From NCBI GenBank assembly GCA_951406725.2, contig OX597816.1, positions 161,758,001-161,822,000 on the forward strand: a stretch of 64,000 nt of DNA, in the 5' to 3' direction. The notes beneath the pieces were generated by a model. The model saw only the letters and a program-made list of their open reading frames with translations, ran no database searches and was not told the origin of the DNA. Positions 1-13,696 of the stretch are shown here, one piece after another. The first letter of the stretch is position 1. Each line of letters begins with the position of its first letter. This DNA comes from Octopus vulgaris. Taxonomy: Eukaryota. The translations under genes and the position numbers were made by a program.

Positions 1-67
1 CGGGTCGACCAAAACCTTGTGAGTGGGTTTGGTAGAGGGAAACTGAAAGAAGCCCGTCGTATATATG

Positions 68-98
<31 letters not shown>

Positions 99-308
99 AT
101 ATGTTTGTGTATCTGTGTTTGTTCCCCCAACATCGTTTGACAACCGATGCTGGTGTGTTTACGTCACCGTAACTTAGCTTTCCGGCTAAAGAGACCCGAT
201 AGAATAAGTACTAGGCTTACAAAGAATAAGTCCTGGGGTCGATTTGCTCGTCTAAAGGCGGTGCTCCAGCATGGCCACAGTCAAATGACTGAAACAAGTA
301 AAAGAGTA
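1..308 (+). mobile_element. tRNA-derived SINE family A (CORE-like, internal TA/TG microsatellite), 5' end outside the window
   Basis: Near-identical to copies at 46351-46685 and 61535-61915 (ccttgtgagtggatttggtagacggaaactgaaagaagccc ... gcatggccacagtcaaatgactgaaacaagtaaaagag). Confidence 0.85.
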
Positions 309-413
309 TATATATATATATATATATCGAAACATAAAAGAATTTCTCACCTTCCCGAGTGTCAAACTAATACACCTGCTTGTTGTTTATACACCAGTGT
401 TTGTCTTTTGTTT

Positions 414-484
<71 letters not shown>

Positions 485-559
485 CATACATAATATAATA
501 TAAATTATACATACATATATATACAGACATATATATGTATATACATATACGCATAGTCT

Positions 560-733
560 CATTTTGTCGTTAATTGTTCGAAATGTGGAGTAGATGAACA
601 GTCAACAACTGATGAAGCGTAGTTCTTTATGTTACTTATCCTGTCTTCCACTTGTTTCTCTCGTCGTTTGCATACCCAAGTTTGCCTTCGCATTTCATAT
701 TATTTACGTTTTGTAACGTCCTGCACCCATATA

Positions 734-735
<2 letters not shown>
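560..735 (+). mobile_element. Probable PLE terminal-repeat fragment with scrambled HHR words
   Basis: Homologous to 22855-23050 on the minus strand (gaaatgtggagta...caactgatgaag...ttctttatgtt). Flanked by (TA)n. PLE assignment is inference. Confidence 0.4.
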
Positions 736-777
<42 letters not shown>

Positions 778-830
778 ATTATTATATGAGTGAATGCTAC
801 GCATCATTTTCCAAGTAAGTTTATTTTATC

Positions 831-884
<54 letters not shown>

Positions 885-887
<3 letters not shown>

Positions 888-1303
888 GACGACTGGCTGG
901 CTGGATCCTAAGAACATTCAGAACCAGAGATAAGGAAACCATGATGGTCCTCTGGCGGACATTCGTCCTCAGCCGCCTGGATTACTGCTCACAGCTATGG
1001 TCACCCACTAGTGTGAAATTAACAGTGGACCTTGAAGCAATACAGAGAAGATCGTCTCTTTGCAACAGCTCAGCTACTGGGAAAGATTGAAACAGCTAAG
1101 ACTCTACTCTCTGGAGAGAAGACGGGAGAATTATGCAGTAATATATATCTGAAAGATCCTGGAAGGAATTGTGCCAAATTTTGGCATTGAAAGCTACACC
1201 AATGCCAGAACGGGACGACACTGCATAGTGCCAAAGATCCAGCAATGCCATCACGCTTCAGGACCAGCTTCTGCAACAGCCTGGGTTTCAAGGGCCCACA
1301 GTT
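885..1303 (+). mobile_element. CR1-group LINE ORF2 C-terminal fragment, frameshifted
   Basis: GWILRTFRTRDKETMMVLWRTFVLSRLDYCSQLWSP, then SYWERLKQLRLYSLERRRE in another frame. Aligns by eye to the 49414 ORF (WILRTF..RPHLEYCCPLWSP..LYSLQRRRE). Confidence 0.85.
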
Positions 1304-1330
1304 TTTTTTAATATTCTCATCTGATAAAAT

Positions 1331-1655
1331 TTATCGATCTGGAAGGATTTGAACTCAGAACGTAGCGGTAGACGAAATACCGCTAAACATTTTGCCCGGT
1401 GTACTAACGATTCTGCCAGCTCACAGCTTTAATAATAATAATCCTTTCTACTCTAGGCACAAGGCCTGACATTTTTGGGGAGGGAGCCAGTCGATTAGAT
1501 CTACCCTAGTACACAACTGGTACTTAATTTATCGACTCCGAAATGATGAAAGGCAAAGTCGACCTAGGCGGAATTTGAACTCTGAACGTAAAGACCGACG
1601 AAATGCCGCTAAGCATTTTTGTCCGGCGTGCAAACGATTCTGCCAGCTCGCCGCT
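1331..1655 (-). mobile_element. Two tandem copies of tRNA-derived SINE family B (Meta-domain-like)
   Basis: Reverse complement of ggcgagctggcagaatcgtt...gagttcaaattccgcc..ggtcgactttgcctttcat...gtcgataaattaagtaccag. A and B boxes are recognisable. Confidence 0.85.
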
Positions 1656-2029
1656 TTAAGATGAACAAGAAATTATTAAAAACAAGAACATGGAAGGTGG
1701 AAGGTAGGGTGGGGGGGGGGGGGTCAGGCTGGAAGAAGGAAAAGGGGAAGAACAGTTAATGTTGTTGCTGGTTTTAATGTAGTCAGCTCATTAAGCAATC
1801 AATCAACTAATTGAGATTTAATTACTCTAACACACGCGTGCGCGCACACACACAAGCACACACACATACACACACATACCACACACATACACACACACGC
1901 GCATACACATACAAAGATGCATGTACAGATACACACACACGGCCTAAGAAGGTGTTGGTGAAGAATGTAATGGAGTTAATGTTAAACAGCGGTGGGGAAG
2001 GGCCTGGAGGAAGGGCTGCAAGGGGATGT

Positions 2030-2772
2030 TGAGAGGGGGATGGTGGGGGTGCTACCGAAAGCTTGTGATTTTGGTAGTGGTTGTGGTTGTTGTTGTGATG
2101 GTGATGTTGTTGGTGGTGGTGGCATTGATGGTGGTGGTGGCATTGATGGTGGTGGTGTTTGAGAGGGACGTGTTAGTTGCTTTGTGTGAATGTGATATTT
2201 GGTTTATTACGATGATGGTGGTCGTGGCTGGCGTGGTTGTGGCGGCGATGGCGGCGCTGTTGTTGTTGGCGTTGTTGTCGTTGGTGGTGGTGGTGGAGGT
2301 TTGTGACGATGATTTGTAGTGGTTGCGATGAAGGGAGTGGGATATTAGTGGTAGTGGTGGAGATGGTGGTGGCGGTGGTGACGACAAAGGTTGTGTTGGT
2401 GGCTATGGTTATGATGGTGGTGTTTTATATGTGTGTGTCTTTGTGTTTGTGTGTGTGTGTGTGTGTTTATGTCTTTGGGTTTGTGCGTGTGTTTGTGTTT
2501 GTGTGTGTGTGTTTGTGTGTGTTTGTGTGTTTGTGTGTGTGTGTGTTTGTGTTTGTGTTTGTGTGTTTGTGTTTGTGTGTTTGTGTGTGTGTGCGTGTGC
2601 TTGTGTTTGTGTGTGTGTGTGTTTGTTTGTGTGTGTATCTTTGTGTGTTTGTGTGTTTGTGTGAGTGCATGTGTGTGTTTGTGTGTGTTTGTGTGTGTGT
2701 TTGTGTGTGTGTTTATTTGTTTGTGTGTGTATCTTTGTGTGTTTGTGTGTTTGTGTGTGGGGGGTGTGTTTA

Positions 2773-2810
<38 letters not shown>

Positions 2811-3232
2811 TGTGTGTTTGTTTGTGTGCGTGTTTGTGTGTTTGTGTGTGTGTGAATACACGAACACAAAATTTACTTATTAGTCCACCTCTTAGAAATT
2901 CATCATATATAAAAGACATCAGTTAGTTTATTTCATGCGAATTGTGATGTGTAAGTTTGTGTGTATGTGCGTGTGTGTGTGTGTGTGTGAGTATGTTTGT
3001 GTGCGTGGTGTAAGAGAGAGAGAGATGTACTACATTAAATATGTGTGTGTATGTATATACATATATTTGTACATATATTGATGTATGTTTTTACATACAC
3101 GTGTATGTGCGTAATGACACATACACACACATACATACACACATATATGTACATACACCTACACACACATATGCAGACATATATACATATATATATATAT
3201 ATACACACATTGTATGTGTGTGCATATAAGCA

Positions 3233-3280
<48 letters not shown>

Positions 3281-3330
3281 CATACACATATATACATACA
3301 CACACACACACATATATATACACACACACA
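2030..3330. repeat. Compound simple repeats: (GGT/GAT)n-like, imperfect (TG)n/(TGTT), (TA)n/(CA)n
   Basis: Directly visible. Explains the poly-V/C/H/T ORFs. Confidence 0.95.
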
Positions 3331-4628
3331 CATTTACATAGATACAAGCATAAATACCTATGTATATTCATTGATATTTTACATGTTTCTGTGTGCCTGT
3401 TTGTCCATTAAACTGTTTCTCTGTCGCCTTCACTGATTCCCCGAGTCACCACCGTCGCCATGGCCACGTTAATCGCCGCCGCCGACCCCCCTCCCCAACC
3501 AGCTCCACCACCACCATCACTACCACGACCATCATGAAAAGCAATCTGCCGCCATTATCTCTTATTTTTTTTCTTTCCCCCCTCAATTCTAGATTGGTCA
3601 GTCGCATGTTCAGACTTATTGCATTTCGCATGGACGAAAAACCAGCAAACATCTCTCATCGGAAATCAACGTTCAGAACGAAATGAATTTCTTCTCACTT
3701 TCTGTACTTATCAAATCTGCCAATATTGAAGATATAACCCTAAGCCATTCTAAAAACACAGCATTTCCGATCCTGTTGCTATATATTCACCATTTTCATC
3801 TTCATTCTTTGCCACTTGTAAGAACATAACACAACATAACACAACAAAACTTCTCTATTCCCGTTTTTCCTTTTTTCCTTTTACTACCAGCGCACGAGGA
3901 TTAATTTTCCGATAGAATCCACAAACCGATGTCTTTAGATCTACATTACGTTACACACTACATCCTAGTTCTTTTCCCACCACCACCACTACCACTGCTC
4001 ACGGCCTCCGCCATGCCTACTGCGAAACCGTATCTAAGATATTCCATCGTATAGAAATTCAATCACTTGTAACATACAATCGAAGATTCTGTACTTTAAC
4101 TGGTGATCAAGATCAGTCTTCAACATTAATCACAAACTCCAGAGAGGAAAAAATCTCATTTTTACCCTTCAAACAAGATCCAGAAAATCTTATTTTTACT
4201 TCTCCGACACCATCTTTCCTTTCTTTCTTTTTCTTCTTTCAGACTCTCTCTTTTTTCTTTTTCTTCTTTATTCGTAAACTGAAATTAATTTAGCGATCCA
4301 TTGCTAGTTGAGTTGATTGATAACTTATCGACCTGCCCGTACGAAAGTTTTGCAAGCTCTAATCCCGTTATTGACACTGTATTATGTTCATAGATTGAAG
4401 CCTTTAACATTCAATAAGTCTAGTTTAATAATTTAGCGTTTAATCAATCCTTGAGTCTAGTTCAAGTAGTCGGCCCTTGATCCTGTGTTGACTTCTGTAC
4501 ACGCTGTATAACTCCGCCATCCATTCTGCTATAGAACCTTACAACAACAGCCAAACATAACAAACTCTGTGTGTGTGTGTGTGTCTGTGTGTGTGTGTGT
4601 GTATAAGGTAATATGATTCACAAGTCAA

Positions 4629-5030
4629 GGCTGCGAGCTGGCAGAAACGTTAGCACGCCGGGCGAAACGCTTTGTGGTATTTCGTCCACTGCTGCATTCT
4701 GAGTTCAAATTCCGCCGAGGTCGACTTTGCTTTTCATCCTTTCGGGGTCGATAAATTAAGTACCAGTTACGCACTGGGATCGATATAATCGACTTAATCC
4801 GTTTGTCTTTCCTTGTTTGTCCCCTCTGTGTGTAGCCCCTTGTGGGCAGCAAAGAAATAGATATTTTGTCTTTACGTTCTGAGTTCAAATTCGACCGAGA
4901 TCGACTTTACCTTTCGTCCTTGCGGGGTCGATAAAATAAGTACCAGCTGGGCACTGCGGTCAGTTTAATCGACTAGCCCTTGCTCCCCCATCATCCTCGA
5001 AATTGCTGGCCTTGTACCGAAATTTGAAAC
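4629..5030 (+). mobile_element. SINE family B dimer (full monomer plus headless monomer)
   Basis: First monomer ends aaagaaata at about 4859. Second starts at (g)atattttgtc...gagttcaaatt. Confidence 0.85.
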
Positions 5031-5164
5031 CAGTATGATTCCCGAATAAATATATTGAAAATGTTCTTGGTTAAAGCATCTGTTGTTACCACGTTCTAAC
5101 CACGACCGTCCTGATTTTTTCTAGACAATTTATCTCAAACTACGTTGCTGTGCGAAAAATTTTG

Positions 5165-5618
5165 CTTTCCAACCGCTTGGTTACGGGTTCATTTCCACTG
5201 CACGGCATCTTATGACAAATCTCTTGTACAATAACCTCAGGCTGATCAAAGCCTCGTGAATGAATTTGTTTGACGGAAACTGTAAGAAGCCCGTCGAATA
5301 TATATGTGCATGTATATACAAGTGTATGTGTGTATATGTATATGTATATATATATATATGTGTATGTATATGTGTGTGTGTGTGTTTGTATTGTATTTGT
5401 CTCTTAACCGCCATTTGGCAGCTGGTGCTGGTTTGTTTACTATTCTGTTACATAGCAGTTCGTCAAAAAACACAAGCAAAATAAATACCAGTCTTACAAA
5501 ACAAAAAAAAAAGAAACAAAAATAAAAAGATGTAATGAAGTCGATTTGCTCGATTAAACTCTTCGAGGTGGTGCTTCAGCATGGCCACAATCCAATGACT
5601 GAAACAAGTAAAAGATAT
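5165..5618 (+). mobile_element. SINE family A, diverged
   Basis: gacggaaactgtaagaagcccgtcg ... gcatggccacaatccaatgactgaaacaagtaaaaga. Confidence 0.75.
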
Positions 5619-6042
5619 AGCAAATATGCGCTGATGAATGGTCAGTCTTGATTTCCGAGTTTCTAGTGGTGACCACAGCAGATGTTGGCAAGGTGGACTT
5701 AGTCAGAGCAGAACAGTTGCTATTTTTCTTCACTTATTGTTAGTGACATGAATTCAAGGACAAAACGCTTGAGGTCAGCGAATCCATGGACGTCACAGAT
5801 ATTCCTGCCTCTGTGTGTGTATTCCTTAAGCTTGGTTAAAACGAATGAGAGAGATACTGGTTTTATGATGACGACGATGATGATGCAGTAGTGTTCTAGG
5901 ATGTTGTATATGTGTGTCTGGATGTCTGGAGGTAGATTTTCACGTGGCAGGGAATGTTGGTTTTGAAGTTTCCTGCGACAGCAAACTATATCCCTCGTAT
6001 GTGCGGGTTGTCTTTTTGTTTCGTATGGACGGGTTTTCAAGA

Positions 6043-6477
6043 TGTATATTTAAATCCACAGTCGAACCAATTCTACTATATGGCTCAGAAACCTGGACGT
6101 TATCAAAGAAGCTTGAAAGGCGGTTGGATGGAACTTACACTCGCCTCCTAATGAGAGCTCAAAATATCTCGTGGAAGCGTCATTCAACCAAAGTACAAAT
6201 ATATGGGAAGTTACCACCTGTATCATCTCTTGTGAAAGAAAGAAGAGTCCAGTTTGCTGGACATTGTTGTAGAGCTGAAAACGAGGTAATTTCTACTCTT
6301 CTCCTCTGGAAGCCATCTGCTCGCGATACCAGAAGGCGCACACTCTCCTACCCTTATGTAATCTCCAGGAATACAGGCATCCAGCAACAGGACCTCCGTA
6401 ATGCTATGATGGACCGTGAAGTCTGGTGTAACAGTAAGTTCCATTGTCTCGTCCACGGTCGAACAATGATGATGATT
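6043..6477 (+). mobile_element. RTE-clade LINE 3' end
   Basis: IFKSTVEPILLYGSETWTL...RRVQFAGHC...DREVW are typical RTE C-terminal motifs. Ends in a (GAT)n tail. Confidence 0.85.
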
Positions 6478-6569
6478 TAAATCCAACTATTTTTGTTTGT
6501 CTGACTCTTTCTCTGTTATTCTAATGCTGTTGAATAGGAAGGTTGATTGCATTTGAAATTCTCTGGCAT

Positions 6570-7125
6570 TGTCCATAAGCTATTAGATACAATAGTTAGA
6601 TAAAACTATGGACAATAGATACAATCGGTAAATATAGCTATAGAAAATAGGTATAGTAGATAGATATAAAGATAGGCAACAGAGACAGTAAATAGATATG
6701 ACAAAAGATAATAAATACAATACAAATATATATAGCTACAGATTATTGATACAGTAGTTAGTGATAATTATAGATAATAGATGTTAGAGATAAATATATA
6801 ATTTATAGATCATCTAAAAACAAAAACAGATAATAGGTACAATACTTAATACAGTTGTAGATAATACTTAAATATAGTTATAGATTATAGGCGCAATAAG
6901 TAGACATAGCTATACATAATAGATGCACTAACCAAATGCAGCTATAAATAATAGTTGTATTTTAGTTAGTGAAATATAGATAATATATAACTAGAAATAT
7001 AGATAATTTTAAATAAATAGCTATAGCTATAGATAGTAGAATAACACTATAAAAATTTAACTAATAGATACAACGGATAAATATGACAGTAGACAGTAGA
7101 TGCACAAGCTAAGTACAGCTATGGA

Positions 7126-7128
<3 letters not shown>
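6570..7128. repeat. Highly diverged AT-rich minisatellite, unit about 32 bp
   Basis: Recurrent atagatacagtag..aaatatagctataga-like units. Period estimated by eye. Confidence 0.6.
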
Positions 7129-7170
<42 letters not shown>

Positions 7171-7236
7171 CATATGCATTTATATATATATATATATATA
7201 TGTAAATGTAATATGAGACAATTATTCGGTAGCCAT

Positions 7237-7297
7237 GATAAAACTCCGAGTTTCGGATGCCGAGGTGGAAACCCACGCCGCCATCTCTTCAGTTATC
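7237..7297 (-). ncRNA. Type I hammerhead ribozyme motif (PLE-type), cleavage triplet GUU
   Basis: Minus strand: gataa-CTGAAGA-gatggcggcgtgggtttccacctcggcatcc-GAAA-ctcggag-TT-ttatc. 5-bp stem I, imperfect stem II of about 12 bp, quasi-palindromic stem III. Confidence 0.7.
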
Positions 7298-7344
7298 CGG
7301 CCATCGGAAAAATATATATATATGTACAACAGATACTATATATT

Positions 7345-7650
7345 CGAGGGGTTACCGAAAAGTAACCGGAAACGTTCTATGTGAGACAAGCTAGTTGTAG
7401 TTCGGGCTTACACCGCTAGAAGCCACTTGATGCATCCCTCAAGCATCAATCTGCCAACCGGCATCGTCGGATGTTGTCCTACTGTTACGTGGTGCGTCCT
7501 TGTTTTGCAGTGCTTCTCCCCTGTTCGTCGATTTTTGCGAGGGCTAAAACGAAGAAACAAGTCGGTTCCGTGAAATTCTGTTTTCTGCTGGGGCAAACGG
7601 TGGCCGAAACAGTTGCCATGCTTCAAACAACTTACAAGGACACCGCCATG
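7345..7650 (+). mobile_element. Mariner element 5' end (TIR plus N-terminal HTH)
   Basis: cgaggggttaccgaaaagt terminus. VKFCFLLGQTVAETVAMLQTTYKDTAM resembles the first HTH of mariner transposases. Confidence 0.75.
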
Positions 7651-8081
7651 CCCAAAAACACTAAATTTCCGATGTTAGGGGTGATGTGGTCACATAAATT
7701 GTCTGACAGCCATGATTGGGTTCTCCTGCTTGTGTGGCATGGTGCAGTGTCCTGTTGCCAGATATAGGGTCTTCCAGCAGTCAGTCTCTTGACCCAGGGC
7801 AGCACTACCTCCTCCAGGCACTTGACGTAGGCCTCCGTGCTGAGTGTGAAGATAAATAGAGACATAACGTCTCCATCACTAGTGATCACTCCTAACACTA
7901 TGATATTGACTGGATGTTTGATTTTTATCACCCTCGGTACATGTTTTAGGGACCCAACAATCCAATGGTTGTTCTGTGTGATCACCATCTGTTCATATTG
8001 GAACTTCCGGCGCGAATTCCAAGCAGTACAGCATGTCATTACGAAATTTCTGGCAGAGTGAATTGCGTCATGGTGTTGTTT
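7651..8081 (-). mobile_element. Tc1/mariner-superfamily (maT/DD37D-like) transposase fragment with internal deletion
   Basis: KHPVNIIVLGVITSDGDVM...YVKCLEEVVLPWV...YIWQQDTAPCHTSRRTQSWL, containing the second catalytic Asp motif. Confidence 0.8.
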
Positions 8082-8085
8082 ATAT

Positions 8086-8156
<71 letters not shown>

Positions 8157-8159
<3 letters not shown>

Positions 8160-8361
8160 GTTGCAATGGGTACATTGTCGTCATTTTATATTTCTAATTT
8201 CGCGAATGTGTATTGTTTGTTTTGGTTTTGTCGACTACACTGTATAGTAGGGTCAGTTGGGCACCGTCTGTGAGAAAAACAGCACCATGACACAGTTCAC
8301 TCTGCCAGAAATTTCAAAACGACATGCTGTACTGCTTGGCATTCGCGCCGGAAGTTCCAAT
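8157..8361 (+). mobile_element. 5' end of the same maT-like family (TA, TIR caggttgcaatggg, start MTQFTLPEISKRHAVLLGIRAGSSN)
   Basis: 8277-8361 is an inverted copy of 7997-8081. Confidence 0.7.
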
Positions 8362-8449
8362 GTGTGAATGTGCGTGTGTGTGCGTGTGTGTGTGCCCGTG
8401 TGCGTGTGTGAGTGTGGGAGGGTTCAAAATGCACAAAAGACAGGGACAG

Positions 8450-8630
8450 GTGAGAGAACAACAAACAAGGTGTAATTAGTTTGACGCTCAGGAAAAATGG
8501 AAGAGTCTTCGACGTTTCAAATCTATGTTCTTCTACAGAACAGAATGAAGGAAAAAAAAACAGTGGATAGAGGAAAGAAAACGGAAAGAGAATAAAAGAA
8601 AAAAACGTCTCTGGTTCAACGGCTTCATAT
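8450..8630 (-). mobile_element. PLE terminal-repeat fragment with non-canonical HHR-like word
   Basis: Homologous to 9885-10050. Minus strand reads ctgtagaagaacatagatttgaaacgtcgaag. Confidence 0.45.
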
Positions 8631-8723
8631 AGCTATAGACAACAGATACATATATATATACATATACATATATATGTATATATATGTATATCTATCTATC
8701 TACCTATCTATCTATCAATCAAT

Positions 8724-8760
<37 letters not shown>

Positions 8761-9493
8761 TCTCTATATATATATATGGATATGACTTCAGATTATAGAT
8801 ACACTTGTTATATACAACTGGGTTATCCGAAATATTCTCATCACAGAAGCCAATCCAAACACCAGTAAACTAAATAATCTAAATATACACAGGAACCATG
8901 TCTACTATAATGGACACTCACGTTCGATAACGAAAAAAGATGTCACCCATCACAAAAGTCCACATAGCCACTCCTATAAAATAAAGTGGACCGAAAATAT
9001 ATTTGAGAAAACCGATAAAAAGAGCAAAGACTTAGCCAATTAGGAATCAAATGGAGTTAATGAAAAAACAAATAAAAGAAAAGTATGTAAAAGAAAAAAC
9101 AAAGGCAAGGAATCAAGTCTCAAGAAAACAATATCAAGACAAGAGAAGTGAAGTGATGTTGGATGTGAATGGAAGATTGGAATTGCTGATTCCAGGAAAG
9201 ACATTCTGAATCAGAGAGTACGAAATGAAAAAAAGAACGAAGAAAAGTGAATGCAAAACAAACAAACCAACAAACAATACGTGAGAGGTTCTTCGATCAG
9301 AATCTCGAATATTTGAAGCAAATACGAAAAAACTAACGCTGGTACATCAATGAATAAAGAATAACAATAGAGCCTACACTATCAACGATAGAAAACCAAT
9401 AATATTGGAAGAATATAGAGATGGGGAAAAAAATAAAATCTACTCTGGAACAGAGATATACACAATGGCTAGATTATTAAGGGGGATAGAGAA

Positions 9494-9576
<83 letters not shown>

Positions 9577-9782
9577 AAGGTCACTATAGAAACATCTTGC
9601 ATATGGAGTAGAATAACGAATGGTTGGGAGGGAATGGATTTATTAATGCAATCAAGAACTCTTATTACTAAAAAGCTGCCAAAATTGATAAAGTCCTCAT
9701 TTTCTTATTAAAGTATTGAAGTACTTAACCAATAAATATGAATAAACAATAAATTATATATATATATATATACACATACACA

Positions 9783-9826
<44 letters not shown>

Positions 9827-9884
9827 CACACTCATATATATACATATACATGTATACCTATGGATATATATATAGTGAGAATTT

Positions 9885-10050
9885 ACAAAAAAAACAAACA
9901 AATGCAAAAGACGATGTATTAGTTTAACGCTCGGGAAGTGAGAAAGTCTTTTATGTTTCGAGCCTACGCTCTTCGACAGAAAGGAACGCAGAAATAAACA
10001 AGGAGAGAATATATAAATAGGTTTATTGGCTAACGATCTATCATGTCGAT
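9885..10050 (-). mobile_element. PLE terminal-repeat fragment with non-canonical HHR-like word
   Basis: Minus strand reads tttctgtcgaagagcgtaggctcgaaacataaaag. Flanked by (TA)n. Confidence 0.45.
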
Positions 10051-10128
10051 TTGAATATATATATATATATATGTATATATGTATATACATATGTACATAT
10101 ATTCATATATGTAGGTATATATAAGCAC

Positions 10129-10188
<60 letters not shown>

Positions 10189-11344
10189 TGCGTACTGGGG
10201 TCGATCTAATCGACTGGCCCTCTCCCCTAATATTTCAGGTCTTGTGCCTAGAGCAGAAAAGATTGTCTTCTGTCTAGCTTCGGCTCATTTTGCAAATATA
10301 TTGAAGTAAACCACAAATGATTACAAATGTGGTTTCGCGATTTGCTAGAATGAATAGTCAAAATAGTCTCAAAATAGCTGCCCTAACCACTGGGCCATTG
10401 CGCCACCACATTAATACACAGAGCTTGCTAAAAAAGAAAACAGCTGAGATTTTGGCGATTGGCTTGAAAGACTATGTAGAAATGAAATTGTGACAAGTGT
10501 GTCAAACTTAATAGAACCAGGGATGTTACAGTTGGAAAATGCCCCCGGATACATTGTCTGCAAAAAGAAAAAGAAAAAAGCGATTGAGTTTTAACTGAAA
10601 CTCTCTGAATATCTTTTTATTTATATATATATTTATTTTTTTTTATCTGTCAGTCTGTCTGTCTGAATAAAACTACGTATTATATTTAGCATGTATGGTA
10701 TATAATTTCACAAGTGTCATCCAAGGAATTCTCGGACCTTGAGTCACTTTATAATTTTTGCCGATTAAAAATAACGAAACAGCACACACACACACACCCA
10801 TACCCAAAACACACACACACCAACGTACACACACACACACACACACGAGTGATTCGATTATCCGGCATGGCCTTGGCCGTGATAGCTAAACCAAAAGTAA
10901 ACACACACACACACACAAACACTTACAAACACCCATACTCCCATCCCCACATTCCCCCACACACCCCACATTCAACTCACCCTCCCCACACTCGCACACC
11001 CGCATACACATACACGCACACACACGCACACACGCGCGCGGAAGCTGCCATACAAAAGCGCGTATACACACAAACACTGATTGTCGCTCTTATTCGGATG
11101 ACTTCAGTTACAGATTGCGTTTATTCAAGGCTCACTGATCGAATTCTGTGCATTAGGATTGGCCATAAATTCGGTGAGCACGCCACCATTGCCAGAGTAG
11201 AACTGGCAGTTCGATTGGTTTACAAGCCAGAATCAGTTCCACATTTTTCCCTCTTATGTCTTCAGCTGCTAATATCCGGCTGTCACCATTAGTCAACCGT
11301 TCTACTGATGTTGTTTAATGATCAGACCAGCTCAGCGTATAGAC

Positions 11345-11378
<34 letters not shown>

Positions 11379-11387
11379 GTATACATG

Positions 11388-11419
<32 letters not shown>

Positions 11420-11609
11420 TATGTATGTATATATATATGTATATATATATATGTATACATGTATATATGTATATATATGTATATATATATATATGTATAT
11501 ATATATATGTATATATATGTATGTATATATGTATATATATATATGTATATATATATGTATGTATATATATATGTATATATATATATATATGTATGTATAT
11601 ATATATATG

Positions 11610-11640
<31 letters not shown>

Positions 11641-11889
11641 GTATGTATATATATATATGTATGTATATATATATATATATATATATATAAATATATATAT
11701 ATATATGTATATATAAATATATATATATACATGTATATATAAATATATATACATGTATATATAAATATATATATATATGTATATATAAATATATATATAT
11801 ATGTATATATAAATATATATATATATATGTATATATAAATATATATATATATATGTATATATAATATATATATATATATGTATATATAA

Positions 11890-11963
<74 letters not shown>

Positions 11964-12017
11964 ATATATATATATATATATGTATATATAAATATATATA
12001 TATATATGTATATATAA

Positions 12018-12048
<31 letters not shown>

Positions 12049-12050
12049 CA
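11345..12050. repeat. Long imperfect (TA)n tract (about 700 bp)
   Basis: Directly visible. Confidence 0.95.
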
Positions 12051-12337
12051 CAGACACAAATGCTCAAATACATTACATACATGTATACATATAGATATAC
12101 CTTTATACACACATACACATACACACAATAATACATCATATACATATTACACACACATAAATACACACACACACACACACATATATACGAGTCTCTATGC
12201 CCACATCCATCCACTTATTGGTTGTGTTTGATGGAAAATATATAGTGAGTGGTTCCACCACTTCACAGTGCAACCAATTTTGAGGCATAGATAGATATAC
12301 TAATGAAAAGGGTGAGCGGTAGAGATAGAGACAGAGT

Positions 12338-12383
<46 letters not shown>

Positions 12384-12452
12384 AGCTCAAGATCTTGACT
12401 GGTATATTATTTCATCGACTCTAGAAGGATGAAAGGACACTTTTTACATGTG

Positions 12453-12509
<57 letters not shown>

Positions 12510-12538
12510 GAATGTATACATACATACACACAAATACA

Positions 12539-12628
<90 letters not shown>

Positions 12629-12922
12629 CACAAATACATAACAGTGTATTTATGTTTGTGTGCATATACATATGTAAATACATACAAATACACAGCTCTT
12701 CGCACTTTCCCTCTCTCTCTCTCTCTCTCTCTCGCTTACACACAAATAGCACACACTGTATATGCGTAGCGCTGATGATTCCGTAATAAAAGTTAATTGA
12801 ATCAAATCAAGTGAAGGAATTAAGAGTTCGATCTGAACATATCGATAAACGATGTGTTTATGTGAATTTATTTACAAGTATATTTATAAACTCTCTCCTC
12901 TCTCCCTGTTCACCTCTCTCTC

Positions 12923-12975
<53 letters not shown>

Positions 12976-13182
12976 TCACACTTCTCTCTCTATATATATG
13001 TGTATATATATTTATATATATACACACACACACATATATATATAGAGAGAGATGTGTGGATATATATGTGCATACATGTGTATATATGTTTACCTTCCTT
13101 GCCTTTTTTGTTATTTAAGTTTGTGCCTAGAGCGGAAAGGAGAATGGCACAGAAGTTCTACTCACGCGTGTATAGCTACATG

Positions 13183-13272
<90 letters not shown>

Positions 13273-13341
13273 GCATATATATACATGCTGTGTACTTGTG
13301 TCTGTGTATATGGGTGAACGTGTTTCTGAAAGCAATTGTGC

Positions 13342-13397
<56 letters not shown>

Positions 13398-13436
13398 ATA
13401 TATAATATATATATATGTGTGTGTGTATATCTGTCT

Positions 13437-13653
13437 GTAGCTTAGTGATTAGGGTATTTGGTTTGCGATCGTAATGTCGTGAGTTCGATTCCTGGCGACG
13501 TTGTTTCCTTGAGCAAGACACTTCCCTGAGAAGTATATGAAGGGGTATGTGTGTCAGTGGAGTGCTCAACCACTTGCACGTTAACCTGGAGAGCGAGCTG
13601 TTCCGTTGGTCGGATCAACTGGAACGCTCGTCGTCGTAAGCGACAGAGTGCCA

Positions 13654-13655
<2 letters not shown>
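13437..13655 (+). mobile_element. tRNA-derived SINE family C (shares 3' body with 23438-23800)
   Basis: A box tagcttagtgatt, B box gagttcgattcc, ccttgagcaagacactt, and 3' body ccacttgcacgttaa...gtcgtcgtaagcgacagagtgcc. Confidence 0.75.

Positions 13656-13691
<36 letters not shown>

Positions 13692-13696
<5 letters not shown>

Noticed and set aside
3593-3830. Open frame of about 78 codons after a polypyrimidine-AG
   Set aside because: No recognisable protein similarity or partner exon.
8820-9485. Purine-rich stretch suggestive of an old LINE
   Set aside because: No diagnostic motif recoverable by eye.
12765-12850. CTGATGA at 12772 (also 5631, 27665, 28996 and the minus-strand word near 57352)
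   Set aside because: No properly placed stem II, GAAA, UH or stem I.
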